This document shows, in pieces, positions 20,194 to 29,248 of a stretch of 41,463 bases of DNA. Every line of letters begins with the position of its first letter. The first letter of the stretch is position 1. Made by a program: the position numbers and the translations under genes. This DNA comes from Bacteroidota bacterium (GTDB taxonomy: Bacteria > Bacteroidota > Bacteroidia > Flavobacteriales > Flavobacteriaceae): NCBI GenBank assembly GCA_043748255.1, contig JAYTNQ010000335.1, positions 1-41,463 on the forward strand. Direction: 5' to 3'. The notes under the pieces are model-generated. The model was not told the origin of the DNA. It was given only the letters and a program-made list of their open reading frames with translations, and searched no databases.

Positions 20194-20315
20194 GCTATTC
20201 TAAAGTTTGTTTAAATTTAAAAATGGTTAGCAAATATAATCATTTTCAATTGGATAAAAAAATCCGTTTTTTAAAAAAAAAGTTTTTCAATGAAATGTAT
20301 TATCATAACCAATTA

Positions 20316-20358
20316 CGGGGGTTTTTCCCCGCCAAAAAAAGGGTTTTTTTCCCCTTTT
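20316..20358 (+). promoter_or_regulatory. Tandem GGG-N8-CCC boxes, candidate response-regulator sites
   Basis: CGGGGGTTTTTCCCCG and AAAAGGGTTTTTTTCCCCTTTT, 24 bp apart in very AT-rich DNA, ~50 nt upstream of ATG 20411. Confidence 0.55.
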
Positions 20359-20410
20359 ATGGCTTTTTAGGTTGCTATATTTTTACCAATTAATTTAAAC
20401 ATTTAGAGAT

Positions 20411-20800
20411 ATGAAACCCACAAATTTAATTACAACAGCATTCGCCAAAGCACTGAGTCAAAATTATATCATAAGTCGAGAAAACAGCCCAAACTTCAAC
20501 CAAGACGCTACATCGGTTTGGTTTTCGATAGAAGAAATGGAATTATATTTGGCTTATTTGAAGACTGAATCTCAAGAAAAAAATTATGAGATAAACGGAA
20601 TCCGATTTTATTTTGGGGTTTATCCAACTGATTTTATAGACCCAGAAAAAGCAGGAATGACAACCTTATTTGTTTGTCCGACTACAAACAAAGCTACCGA
20701 ACCGCAATCGTTTGATTTTGAAGATGTTGTTGAAATTTCAGCTATGAACTATGGCTCGTTTACAAAACCTCCAAAAGGTTGTTACCCAAAGAAAAAATAG
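20411..20800 (+). CDS. Small soluble hypothetical protein heading a two-component locus
   Basis: 129 aa, no signal peptide or TM. Motifs SVWFSIEEM..Y, GIRFYFGVYP, TTLFVCPT and C-terminal MNYGSFTKPP. Confidence 0.8.
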   Translation: MKPTNLITTAFAKALSQNYIISRENSPNFNQDATSVWFSIEEMELYLAYLKTESQEKNYEINGIRFYFGVYPTDFIDPEKAGMTTLFVCPTTNKATEPQSFDFEDVVEISAMNYGSFTKPPKGCYPKKK

Positions 20801-20870
20801 TAGAAATTGAATAATCATAGTGCAATTTGATAAAATTTGTGCTATTTTTGATTTCATTAAAAAAAAATAG

Positions 20871-21518
20871 ATGTTTCATTATTTAAGTGATTTTATCATT
20901 GTTTTGAACTTTGCTTCAGGGCTTGTAGGGCTATTTAATTTTAAAAAATTACCAACATTCAAATCAAAATTACCTTTGTTTTTGATTTTGATATCTTTTT
21001 TGACAGAAGCAGTTGGGCTCATTCGTCCTGATTATGATTTTTTGAAAAACAATAATTTAATGGTGTTTTATACTGTTGTTAGTTTTAGTTGTTATTTCAT
21101 TTTATTTTCAAAATTGATAAAAAATAAACTAAAATCAAATTTATCTTTGATTTCATTACTATTTTTCTGGTTTTATTTTGTTTTTGATTTTTATTTTTAC
21201 AAACATGATGACGCTACATTTTCCAATTATTTTGCATTTGGAGTAGTGCTTACTGTTGTACTATCTTGTATGTATTTTTTTGAAATCTTAAATTCCGACA
21301 AAGTCGAAAATTTTAAAAAATCTTGTTTTTTTTGGTATATTTTAGGCATAATGGTTTTTCATATTCCAATGCTTCCTTTTATGGCGAGTTTCCAATTTTT
21401 TCTCAATTTTAACAGTAGCTTTTTAGTTTTTGATTTTATTCTATTTTTATTAAATTTATTAATGCACCTTTGTTTTATAATCGGATTTATATGGAGCGAG
21501 AAGAAATACAATTATTAA
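20871..21518 (+). CDS. Stand-alone ~7-TM membrane protein, putative sensor subunit
   Basis: Seven hydrophobic segments by eye; overlaps the kinase start by 28 nt. Confidence 0.8.
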   Translation: MFHYLSDFIIVLNFASGLVGLFNFKKLPTFKSKLPLFLILISFLTEAVGLIRPDYDFLKNNNLMVFYTVVSFSCYFILFSKLIKNKLKSNLSLISLLFFWFYFVFDFYFYKHDDATFSNYFAFGVVLTVVLSCMYFFEILNSDKVENFKKSCFFWYILGIMVFHIPMLPFMASFQFFLNFNSSFLVFDFILFLLNLLMHLCFIIGFIWSEKKYNY

Positions 21519-22276
21519 TTATCTCATCAAGTGTTGTTTTTATAATTTTGATGGTTACCTTGTTTGCCTTTTTTTTCTACTTTCAGAAAAAAAAGACATC
21601 ATTTATTTTGGAAAAAATGCAGTCAAAATTACATTTTAAAAACGAACTTATCAATACACGAATCGAAATAAAAGACCAAACATTGTCTGAAATTAGCAAA
21701 GAATTGCACGACAATATTGGTCAAATTCTTACAGTTGCGCTTCTGAAAATTCATGTTTTGGAACAAAAAAAAACACCAATTTTGTCTGAAGAATTAAAAG
21801 ATATTCAAGAATGTGTTTCAAGTTCTGTGAACGAAATTAGAATTTTATCGCGCATTATTAATAAAGAAAATCTTGCAGAAACAAATTTTATAGAGGCACT
21901 AAAAAATGATATTTCGAGGGTTACAAAACTCAAAAAATTCAAATGTGTATTTGAGGTTGAAGGCGAAAAACCCGAAATTAATTTTGAACATGAATTGTTT
22001 ATTTATCGGATTTTTCAAGAAGGAATACACAATATTTTGAGGCACTCGCAGAGCACTATTTTTGATTTGAAAATTATAATTTCAGTCCAAAATATTGTTA
22101 TAAAATTGATCGATTATGGCGTCGGATTTGATCAATCTGTAAACAAAAATGGCGCCGGAATTAGAAACATGAAACTTCGTGCCAAACTAATAGGTGCCAA
22201 ACTTAACGTAACCTCAAACAAATTTGGCAGTTGCTTATTGCTCGATTATCCAATACCTACAAACCATGAAAACTGA
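21491..22276 (+). CDS. Histidine kinase, HisKA_3 (NarX/DesK class), single TM, no sensor domain
   Basis: H box EISKELHDNIGQ, N box YRIFQEGIHNILRHS, DYGVGFD, GAGIRNM. Start moved to ATG 21491. Confidence 0.92.
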   Translation: MEREEIQLLIISSSVVFIILMVTLFAFFFYFQKKKTSFILEKMQSKLHFKNELINTRIEIKDQTLSEISKELHDNIGQILTVALLKIHVLEQKKTPILSEELKDIQECVSSSVNEIRILSRIINKENLAETNFIEALKNDISRVTKLKKFKCVFEVEGEKPEINFEHELFIYRIFQEGIHNILRHSQSTIFDLKIIISVQNIVIKLIDYGVGFDQSVNKNGAGIRNMKLRAKLIGAKLNVTSNKFGSCLLLDYPIPTNHEN

Positions 22277-22916
22277 TTCCATTTATAAAATAATTCTTGT
22301 TGACGATCACACACTGTTTACACAATCACTCAAATTTTTGCTGAATAGCTTTGAAAATTTTGAAGTTGTTAACACCTTTGAGAATGGCAAGTTATTTGTT
22401 GATTTTTTAGACTCAAACCCAACATTTGAAGCAGATTTAGTGCTTTTGGATGTAAATATGCCTATTTTGGATGGAATTCAAACCATGAAATGGGTTGGGA
22501 AAAACAGACCATCACAAAAAGTTTTAGCACTTTCGCTAAACGATGATGAAGATACAATTATTAAAATGCTCAAAAATGGTGCTCGTGGCTATTTGTTAAA
22601 AGACACTTCGCCAAATATGTTTGAAGAAGCGATGACAATTGTGATTGAAAGTGGTATTTATTATACCGAATTGGTTTCGGGAATTTTGGTAAATAGATAT
22701 GATAAAATCAAAAACAAAATTCAGCTTCGTGACAAAGAAATTGAATTTGTAAAATTATGTTGTACAGAAAAAACATACAAAGAAATTGCAGAAGTCATGC
22801 ACATTAGCCCAAAAACCGTAGAAGGATACCGCGAAGAAATTTTTAGCAAATTGGAACTAAAATCACGAATTGGTTTGGTATTATATGCCATAAAAAATAA
22901 AATATATTCTGTTTAA
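22266..22916 (+). CDS. NarL/LuxR family response regulator
   Basis: LVDDH, LLDVNMP (phospho-Asp), GYLLK, HTH KTYKEIAEVMHISPKTVEGYR. Start moved to ATG 22266. Confidence 0.94.
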   Translation: MKTDSIYKIILVDDHTLFTQSLKFLLNSFENFEVVNTFENGKLFVDFLDSNPTFEADLVLLDVNMPILDGIQTMKWVGKNRPSQKVLALSLNDDEDTIIKMLKNGARGYLLKDTSPNMFEEAMTIVIESGIYYTELVSGILVNRYDKIKNKIQLRDKEIEFVKLCCTEKTYKEIAEVMHISPKTVEGYREEIFSKLELKSRIGLVLYAIKNKIYSV

Positions 22917-22975
22917 AACCACAACCAAAGCTTACTAATCTACAAAAATATATTTTAATTTGGCATAAAAATCAG

Positions 22976-22983
22976 TATATTTG
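22976..22983 (+). promoter_or_regulatory. rnpB -7 promoter box
   Basis: TATATTTG 4 nt before the P1 helix. Confidence 0.75.
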
Positions 22984-22987
22984 CCCC

Positions 22988-23288
22988 GCAGACCGCCTTA
23001 TCGCTCCAAAATTTGGGGAGGAAAGTCCGGACACCAAAGAGAAGCATAGCGGGTAACGCCCGTCGTTGTGAGCAATCACAAAAGGACAAGTGCAACAGAA
23101 AGTATGTACAGGTTAAGCTGTAGTGAAACCAGGTAAACTCTATGCGGTGAAATTTCAAGTATATCAATAGTTAAGGGCTTCTCGTCCGTTGTTGAAGGGT
23201 AGAAAGATAGATCGCAATAGCAATATTGTGGCCAGATAAATGATAAGGCACCGATTTTTTGGTGACAGAATCCGGCTTATAGGTCTGC
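22988..23288 (+). ncRNA. rnpB: RNase P RNA (type A)
   Basis: GAGGAAAGTCCGG, AGTGCAACAGAAA, GGTAAACTC, AGATAAATGAT, ACAGAATCCGGCTTA; P1 helix GCAGACC/GGTCTGC. Confidence 0.97.
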
Positions 23289-23317
23289 ATTTTTTTAAAC
23301 GAATTTTAAAAATACTG

Positions 23318-24256
23318 ATGGCTCAAATGAAAACCCGTATCGGAATTTTAGGAATAGGTGGTGTAGGAGGCTATTTTGGTGGGCTTTTGGCAAAAAAATA
23401 CCAAAATCATCAACACATAGAAATTGTTTTTATTGCTCGAGGCAAAACCCTAAGTACAATTGCTCAAAATGGATTAACCATTATTTCAGACCAATCCGAA
23501 ATGCAAGTTTTTCCTTCAATCGTGTCCGATATTCCAACTGAAATTGGTATTTTGGATTATTTAATTTGCACCACCAAAACTTATCATATCGAAAGTAGTT
23601 TGGCCGCAATAAAAGATTGTATAGCTCTAAAAACCATTATATTACCACTTTATAATGGTGTTGATGCGACCGATAGAATTCGGAAAATTTTTCCAAAAAA
23701 TGAGGTTTTACAAGCGTGTGTATATATTGTCTCAATGATTGTTTTGCCTGGAAAAATTCAAAAAACTGGCCCTTTTGAATCTTTACATTTTGGTTCACAG
23801 AATACTAAATTGGAAAATTTGATTCCTTTACAAAACCTATTTAAAAGTGCAAATATAGACAGTCATTTGGTTCAAAATATCGAAGAAACCGTCTGGGAAA
23901 AATTTGTATTTATAGCAACTTTAGCCACAGCAACCACTTTTTTGAATCAAAATATAGGTCAAATTTTGACTGAAAATTTTGCGTTTTATTCGCAACTTTT
24001 GAAAGAAATAGTAGATTTGGCAAAAGCAAAAAAAATTAAGTTACCAAAAAATATTATAGAACAAACTATTCAAAAACTACAAATTGCACCTCAAGACGCA
24101 ACATCATCAATGCACCGTGATTTTTTGAATCATCGTGCGATTGAACTGCAATCATTAACACAATATGTTGTAAATCAAGGAATTGAATTTAAAATAAAAA
24201 CTCCAAATTTTAATTTGGTTTTTGAAAAACTAAAAAAATATAAAAACGGTTATTAA
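23318..24256 (+). CDS. panE: 2-dehydropantoate 2-reductase (ketopantoate reductase family)
   Basis: GIGGVGGYFG, LYNG, WEKF, SSMHRD..E. Start moved out of rnpB to ATG 23318 (or 23327). Confidence 0.85.
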   Translation: MAQMKTRIGILGIGGVGGYFGGLLAKKYQNHQHIEIVFIARGKTLSTIAQNGLTIISDQSEMQVFPSIVSDIPTEIGILDYLICTTKTYHIESSLAAIKDCIALKTIILPLYNGVDATDRIRKIFPKNEVLQACVYIVSMIVLPGKIQKTGPFESLHFGSQNTKLENLIPLQNLFKSANIDSHLVQNIEETVWEKFVFIATLATATTFLNQNIGQILTENFAFYSQLLKEIVDLAKAKKIKLPKNIIEQTIQKLQIAPQDATSSMHRDFLNHRAIELQSLTQYVVNQGIEFKIKTPNFNLVFEKLKKYKNGY

Positions 24257-24937
24257 ATGAGAATTGACATTATTACCATCTTGCCCGAATTGCTCAAAAG
24301 CCCTTTTGAAGCTTCAATTTTGAAACGAGCCATCGATAAAGGGCATGTTGAAGTGCATTTTCATAATCTTCGAGATTATACAACAAACAAACAAAAAAGT
24401 GTTGATGATTATCAATACGGTGGTGGTGCCGGGATGGTGATGAACATTCAACCTATTGATGCCTGTATTAGTTTTTTGAAATGCCAAAGGCAGTATGACG
24501 AAATTATTTATATGACACCTGATGGAGTGACTTTAAATCAAAAAATGGCCAACAAAATGTCGATGTTAGACAATATCATCATTTTGTGCGGTCACTATAA
24601 AGGTGTAGATCAACGCGTTAGAGATCACTTTATAACCAGCGAAATTTCGATTGGCGACTACGTTTTGAGTGGTGGAGAGTTGGGAGCATTAGTTTTATCA
24701 GACGCATTGATAAGGTTGATACCCGGAGTTTTGAGTGATGAAACCTCGGCACTCACAGATAGTTTTCAAGATAATTTGTTGTCGGGACCAATTTATACTC
24801 GACCAGCGGACTATAAAGGCTGGAAGGTTCCAGAAGTTTTGACAAATGGAAATTTTGCAAAAATCGACCAATGGCGTGAACAAATGTCTCTTGAACATAC
24901 CAAAAATAGACGCCCCGATTTGTTAGAAAATGAATAA
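24257..24937 (+). CDS. trmD: tRNA (guanine37-N1)-methyltransferase
   Basis: [38 protein letters not shown]. Confidence 0.97.
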   Translation: MRIDIITILPELLKSPFEASILKRAIDKGHVEVHFHNLRDYTTNKQKSVDDYQYGGGAGMVMNIQPIDACISFLKCQRQYDEIIYMTPDGVTLNQKMANKMSMLDNIIILCGHYKGVDQRVRDHFITSEISIGDYVLSGGELGALVLSDALIRLIPGVLSDETSALTDSFQDNLLSGPIYTRPADYKGWKVPEVLTNGNFAKIDQWREQMSLEHTKNRRPDLLENE

Positions 24938-24961
24938 CTTAAATGGTAAATTTTAAAATAC

Positions 24962-25372
24962 TTATTTATTTTTATATAATAAAAAATCAGAATATTCTCT
25001 GATATAATCATTTTCATCATAAATATCTTGTGCCAAAACCAAACAGATAGAACCCTCTGAGAAATTATCTAAATCGCGCCAAATTCCTGTAACTATTTGA
25101 AAACCAATGTTTGGTTTGCTTAATGTGATGGTTTTTTTTTGAACACCGTCGTCAATCACAACATCAAAACTGCCTTTGATGGCAATCAAAATTTCATTTT
25201 GTGCAATATGGGCATGACCGCCACGCTTGGCCGACGTTGGAATGTCATATAGATAATAAATCCGTTTGAAGGCAAAAGGCATGGTGTTCTGCATAATATC
25301 AGCTCGATACAACCCATTTTTGAATTTTGTTGGAATTTCAATAAATTGAACATCATCAAGCGTAGTCGTCAT
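24962..25372 (-). CDS. FdtA/QdtA (WxcM-like) sugar 3,4-ketoisomerase, copy with catalytic histidines
   Basis: KRIYYLYD, RGGHAH, YDENDYIREY; lacks the N-terminal DxRG motif. Confidence 0.85.
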   Translation of the reverse strand: MTTTLDDVQFIEIPTKFKNGLYRADIMQNTMPFAFKRIYYLYDIPTSAKRGGHAHIAQNEILIAIKGSFDVVIDDGVQKKTITLSKPNIGFQIVTGIWRDLDNFSEGSICLVLAQDIYDENDYIREYSDFLLYKNK

Positions 25373-25391
25373 TTTTTTCTTGTAAAAATAC

Positions 25392-26942
25392 TTATTTTTC
25401 TATAAAAACCATACATTTTAATCCAATCGAGTCTAAATTTTTTCTGGCATGAATATTATATCCTTCAAATTGATAGGCTTTGAAATTTAAACTACAGGGT
25501 TTTGAAATCAAAAGCTGATAATTATTGGGTTGTCGAAATGGTTTATAAAATTGTAAATCGTCAAATGGATAAAGGTTACAAACATTTACAAAAAGTAATT
25601 TTTTGTTTGTTTTTGAAGCTATTTTAATTTTCATAGTTGCCAAATTTGGCACCTCAGACCAGCTTTTGGAATATTCAAAATAGTTGCTAAAACTACTAAA
25701 ATGATATTCATTATAGATTTGCCATGCGATATCTTTTGGATAATAAACCTGCTGATAAGGCAAGAAAACCAAACTAAATTGAATTGAAACTGCTAATAAA
25801 AAAATAGACAAATAAACTTGTTTTACCCATTTTTTCATTTTCAATAAAATCACAATTTTTTGCAAAATGACTATCAATATTAAAACCAAAAAAGGCATAA
25901 ATTGCCTGAGCAATCTTGCATAGTAAACCACTTTGTGGCCCCAATATCCTAAAGCGGCATACAAAAAATACAAAGCCAAAAGAACCAAAAACAGGATATA
26001 AATTGGTGAAACTGTTTTTGTTTTTTTAAAATCAAAAACACCAAATACTATAAATGCTATTAAGCCAAAAAGCAATAAAAACCCTGTAAAATTCTCAACT
26101 TCAGTAAGATATTTTATAAAAAACGAAAAGCACTCATCAAAACTACCCTGCGTAATTGTGGTTGAAAGAGCCATGGAATTTTGAATAAAAGATTGATCAA
26201 CTGCGCGAGAGGCCATTTCAAAAAACAGCAAACATGACACGCTTCCGATGCAATAAAAAAACATATTTGTTGTTTTTGTTGACATTTCTGCAAAACGCAA
26301 ATCGGTCAAAAAATACACTATAGGAATAGCAAAAAACAACAATATATATCCTGGATAACACAAATATCCGAAAAAAGCAATGAATCCGAAGAGTAAATAT
26401 TTGAAATTTGACCCTTTTTTTATTTTTAAATAAACCATCATTTTGTAAAAAACAAAATACAAAAGCAGTAAACTTGCATCATAGGGATCGGCATGGCGCA
26501 AGGATATATACGATATTAATAAACTTGAAAAAACAAAAACGGAGAGCAAGCTAAAAGTTTTGTTTTTTAAAAACAAATTTGAAAACAGAAAATGAATAAT
26601 TAGTAAACCAATGTATATCAAATAGTTGTATATAAAAAGCGGCCAGGCATTATCACTTTCATATATTTCGCATCCAAAAATGCGAGCTGTTGCTACTTGT
26701 CCAGACATAGGAATAATTTTTAACAAAGCATCTCCTGGACGACCTTGAGTAGCAAAAACATGAGTTATGGCATTTACGATATCGCCTTGAGCTAAACTTT
26801 TGAGCAATAATCCCGTTTCACGATACCTATTTTCATCTGGAAATGCCAAAAAACCACGACCTACTAATGAAATTTTCATGACTGAAAATAGAATAATCAA
26901 AAAGAAAATCTGTTTGTTTTTAGAAAATAAATTAGTTTTCAT
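25392..26942 (-). CDS. Polytopic membrane protein, probable GT-C-fold glycosyltransferase
   Basis: More than 10 hydrophobic segments; FPDE..Y acidic motif after the first TM; lies in a GT cluster. Start moved to ATG 26942. Confidence 0.6.
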   Translation of the reverse strand: MKTNLFSKNKQIFFLIILFSVMKISLVGRGFLAFPDENRYRETGLLLKSLAQGDIVNAITHVFATQGRPGDALLKIIPMSGQVATARIFGCEIYESDNAWPLFIYNYLIYIGLLIIHFLFSNLFLKNKTFSLLSVFVFSSLLISYISLRHADPYDASLLLLYFVFYKMMVYLKIKKGSNFKYLLFGFIAFFGYLCYPGYILLFFAIPIVYFLTDLRFAEMSTKTTNMFFYCIGSVSCLLFFEMASRAVDQSFIQNSMALSTTITQGSFDECFSFFIKYLTEVENFTGFLLLFGLIAFIVFGVFDFKKTKTVSPIYILFLVLLALYFLYAALGYWGHKVVYYARLLRQFMPFLVLILIVILQKIVILLKMKKWVKQVYLSIFLLAVSIQFSLVFLPYQQVYYPKDIAWQIYNEYHFSSFSNYFEYSKSWSEVPNLATMKIKIASKTNKKLLFVNVCNLYPFDDLQFYKPFRQPNNYQLLISKPCSLNFKAYQFEGYNIHARKNLDSIGLKCMVFIEK

Positions 26943-26955
26943 CTTAAATATTTTT

Positions 26956-28104
26956 TCAAATTGATGTTGATTCCCAAACATTCAAATAGTGTTGTGCTTG
27001 TTTGATATAATGGTGCTCTTGTTCGATAAATTGTCTTGCATTATGTGAAATAATTTCAATTTGTTCTGGGTTTTCGATCAAATAAGATAATTCATTTACC
27101 AAGTATGAAACATTTGGAAGAGCGTTAATCGCTACTTTGGTGTCTAAATTATAGTGTATTTCAAACACATTTTCGGCACCCGTAAAAACTACTTTTCCTT
27201 TTGCCATCGCTTCAAGCGCATTATACCCTTGATCCCAGCTATACACCTGATCCAAAACAATATGCGATTGATCTATATGTTTTTGAAATTCGATATAAGA
27301 GAGGTTTTCTGTCAGCAAACAAAACACTTTTTCAGGATATTTTTGTTGAATAATTTGTATTGCTTCTTCAAAAAAACAACTGCCTTTTTTGATAAAACTA
27401 TGTTTATTTTTTCCATAAAAAATGACGATTTTGTTAGAAATTATTGGAAAAACATATTGAATTTTGTCAACATTTATGGGATTTGCAATAAAATGAACCT
27501 TGGCTTTATAGCTTTCCATCGGAATTTTATAATCCAAATCTGAAACAAATACAGCATTACAATTTGTTGCTGCAAATTGATATAATTTTCTGTATGCTGG
27601 CGCAATATATTTTAAGGAATAACCATACTTTTTCTGTAATTTCGAATTTTCAAACAAGGGCGTTAATACAGAATAGGAAACATCATTTTTAAGTAATTTG
27701 TCAATTATTGGCGTATCATCACCACAAATTAGAAGAAAAAAACTTTTGTTTTGGGTTATTATTTTTTTGTAAAAACGAATAGATATCCATGGAAATGTTT
27801 CGATTGCGTCTGAATTTATTAATTGTACGACATCATAATTTTTGAATTTTGGTAATAAAAAATAAAACCGAATGGCTCTTTCTGCTTTTTGAAGATCTAT
27901 TTTGAAAAATTTAATGAAAATACGATTCAAAAAAACAAATAATTTATTGGTCGAAACAATTTTAGAACCAATAAAAATATCTGTTGGAAACTGCTTAAAA
28001 TCATCACCAGAGCTTGCTATTGTTACATCGTGACCCAAAACCTTCAAACCCTCTTTCAACGAATTGTGCAATCTACTAAACTCGCCAAGCAATAATATCT
28101 TCAT
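26956..28104 (-). CDS. GT-B (GT4-like) glycosyltransferase
   Basis: MKILLLGE, KKG, GYNALEAMAKGKVVF. Confidence 0.85.
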   Translation of the reverse strand: MKILLLGEFSRLHNSLKEGLKVLGHDVTIASSGDDFKQFPTDIFIGSKIVSTNKLFVFLNRIFIKFFKIDLQKAERAIRFYFLLPKFKNYDVVQLINSDAIETFPWISIRFYKKIITQNKSFFLLICGDDTPIIDKLLKNDVSYSVLTPLFENSKLQKKYGYSLKYIAPAYRKLYQFAATNCNAVFVSDLDYKIPMESYKAKVHFIANPINVDKIQYVFPIISNKIVIFYGKNKHSFIKKGSCFFEEAIQIIQQKYPEKVFCLLTENLSYIEFQKHIDQSHIVLDQVYSWDQGYNALEAMAKGKVVFTGAENVFEIHYNLDTKVAINALPNVSYLVNELSYLIENPEQIEIISHNARQFIEQEHHYIKQAQHYLNVWESTSI

Positions 28105-28150
28105 TTTTGTTATATTTGTTTCAAAAATAATTAAAAAGTAGGTTTAAAAA

Positions 28151-29248
28151 ATGCGTCCAACCAAAATTTGTTTGATAGGAAATAGTTTTTCTAACGGTGG
28201 ATCAGAAAAAATTCATGCGGTTTTATCTGACTTTTTTTACAAAAATAACATTGAAATCGATAATATCATTTTTGAAAATAAAATCTCTTTTCGCTTTTCT
28301 GGAAATTTATTAGCCTTAAAAAGCAGCAATAATTGGTGGTTATCAAAGCTGTATTTAATACACAATTTGCTGGTTTTAAATCACTTTTTTAAAAAACACA
28401 AATTCGATTTTATCATTGATTTTCGTTCACGAGGGCGTTATTGGCAAGAGTTTTTGTATCTTAAAACTTTTCGCAAAACACCATATATCATTACGGTTCA
28501 TAGTTATAATACCAATTGGTATTTTCCAAAAAATAATTTTTTGGCCACCAAAATTTACAAATCGGCTTTTGGAATTGTAGGTGTCTCAAAAAAAATCGCT
28601 TTAAAAATCGAAACAAATTTAGGTTATAAAAATGTAGTGACTATTTATAATCCGGTTGAAATTTCAAAAATTCAAAAAGCAATAAATTCCGATAAAATAT
28701 TTGATTTTGAATATGTTATAAGTGGTGGGCGGATGGTTTTGGACAATAATAAACAGTTTGACAAATTGATAGAAATGTATTCTAAATCGGTTTTGCCACA
28801 ACAAAACATAAAATTAGTTTTATTGGGAGACGGTCCACAAAAACCATTTTTGAAAGAAATTGCTATTCAATTGAATATTGCCGATATGGTGGTTTTTGTA
28901 GGCTTTCAAACCAATCCGTTTGGCTATTTGAATCAGGCAAAATGCACTTTGCTGTGTAGTAAATTTGAGGGTTTTCCAAATATTATTGCCGAATCTTTAG
29001 CTTGTGATACGCCAGTTATTTCATTTGATTGTTTATCTGGACCAAGTGAAATTATTGAAAATCAAGTAAATGGGATTTTAGTTATTGATCAAAAATTTGA
29101 TGAATTTCAATTTGCGCTTGATCAGATGTTTACAAGCAAAAAACTTTATAATAAATGCAAATTAAATTCAAAATCAAGTGTTTCTCATTTGGATATTCAA
29201 AATATTGGTACACAATGGCTTGATTATTTACAATTAAAAATAAATTAA
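28151..29248 (+). CDS. GT4 glycosyltransferase (PglJ/WabH-like)
   Basis: GGSEK, IYNPV, LGDGP, SKFEGFPNIIAESLAC (EX7E). TATATTTG at 28111-28118. Confidence 0.9.
   Translation: MRPTKICLIGNSFSNGGSEKIHAVLSDFFYKNNIEIDNIIFENKISFRFSGNLLALKSSNNWWLSKLYLIHNLLVLNHFFKKHKFDFIIDFRSRGRYWQEFLYLKTFRKTPYIITVHSYNTNWYFPKNNFLATKIYKSAFGIVGVSKKIALKIETNLGYKNVVTIYNPVEISKIQKAINSDKIFDFEYVISGGRMVLDNNKQFDKLIEMYSKSVLPQQNIKLVLLGDGPQKPFLKEIAIQLNIADMVVFVGFQTNPFGYLNQAKCTLLCSKFEGFPNIIAESLACDTPVISFDCLSGPSEIIENQVNGILVIDQKFDEFQFALDQMFTSKKLYNKCKLNSKSSVSHLDIQNIGTQWLDYLQLKIN

Noticed and set aside
19606-20214. 202-aa ORF antisense to icd, and similar ORFs such as 38028-38534, 16537-16950, 33080-33475 and 27154-27543
   Set aside because: Shadow frames opposite well-supported genes, with no recognisable motifs.
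21452-21458. In-phase A-AAT-TTA slippery heptamer; a -1 shift would fuse the 7-TM protein to the kinase (that frame is open from 21434)
   Set aside because: Such heptamers are frequent in AT-rich DNA, no stimulatory structure is evident, the shift would break TM7, and the kinase has its own ATG at 21491.
22955-23167. 70-aa ORF, and the N-terminal extension of panE from 23240
   Set aside because: Both overlap the RNase P RNA.
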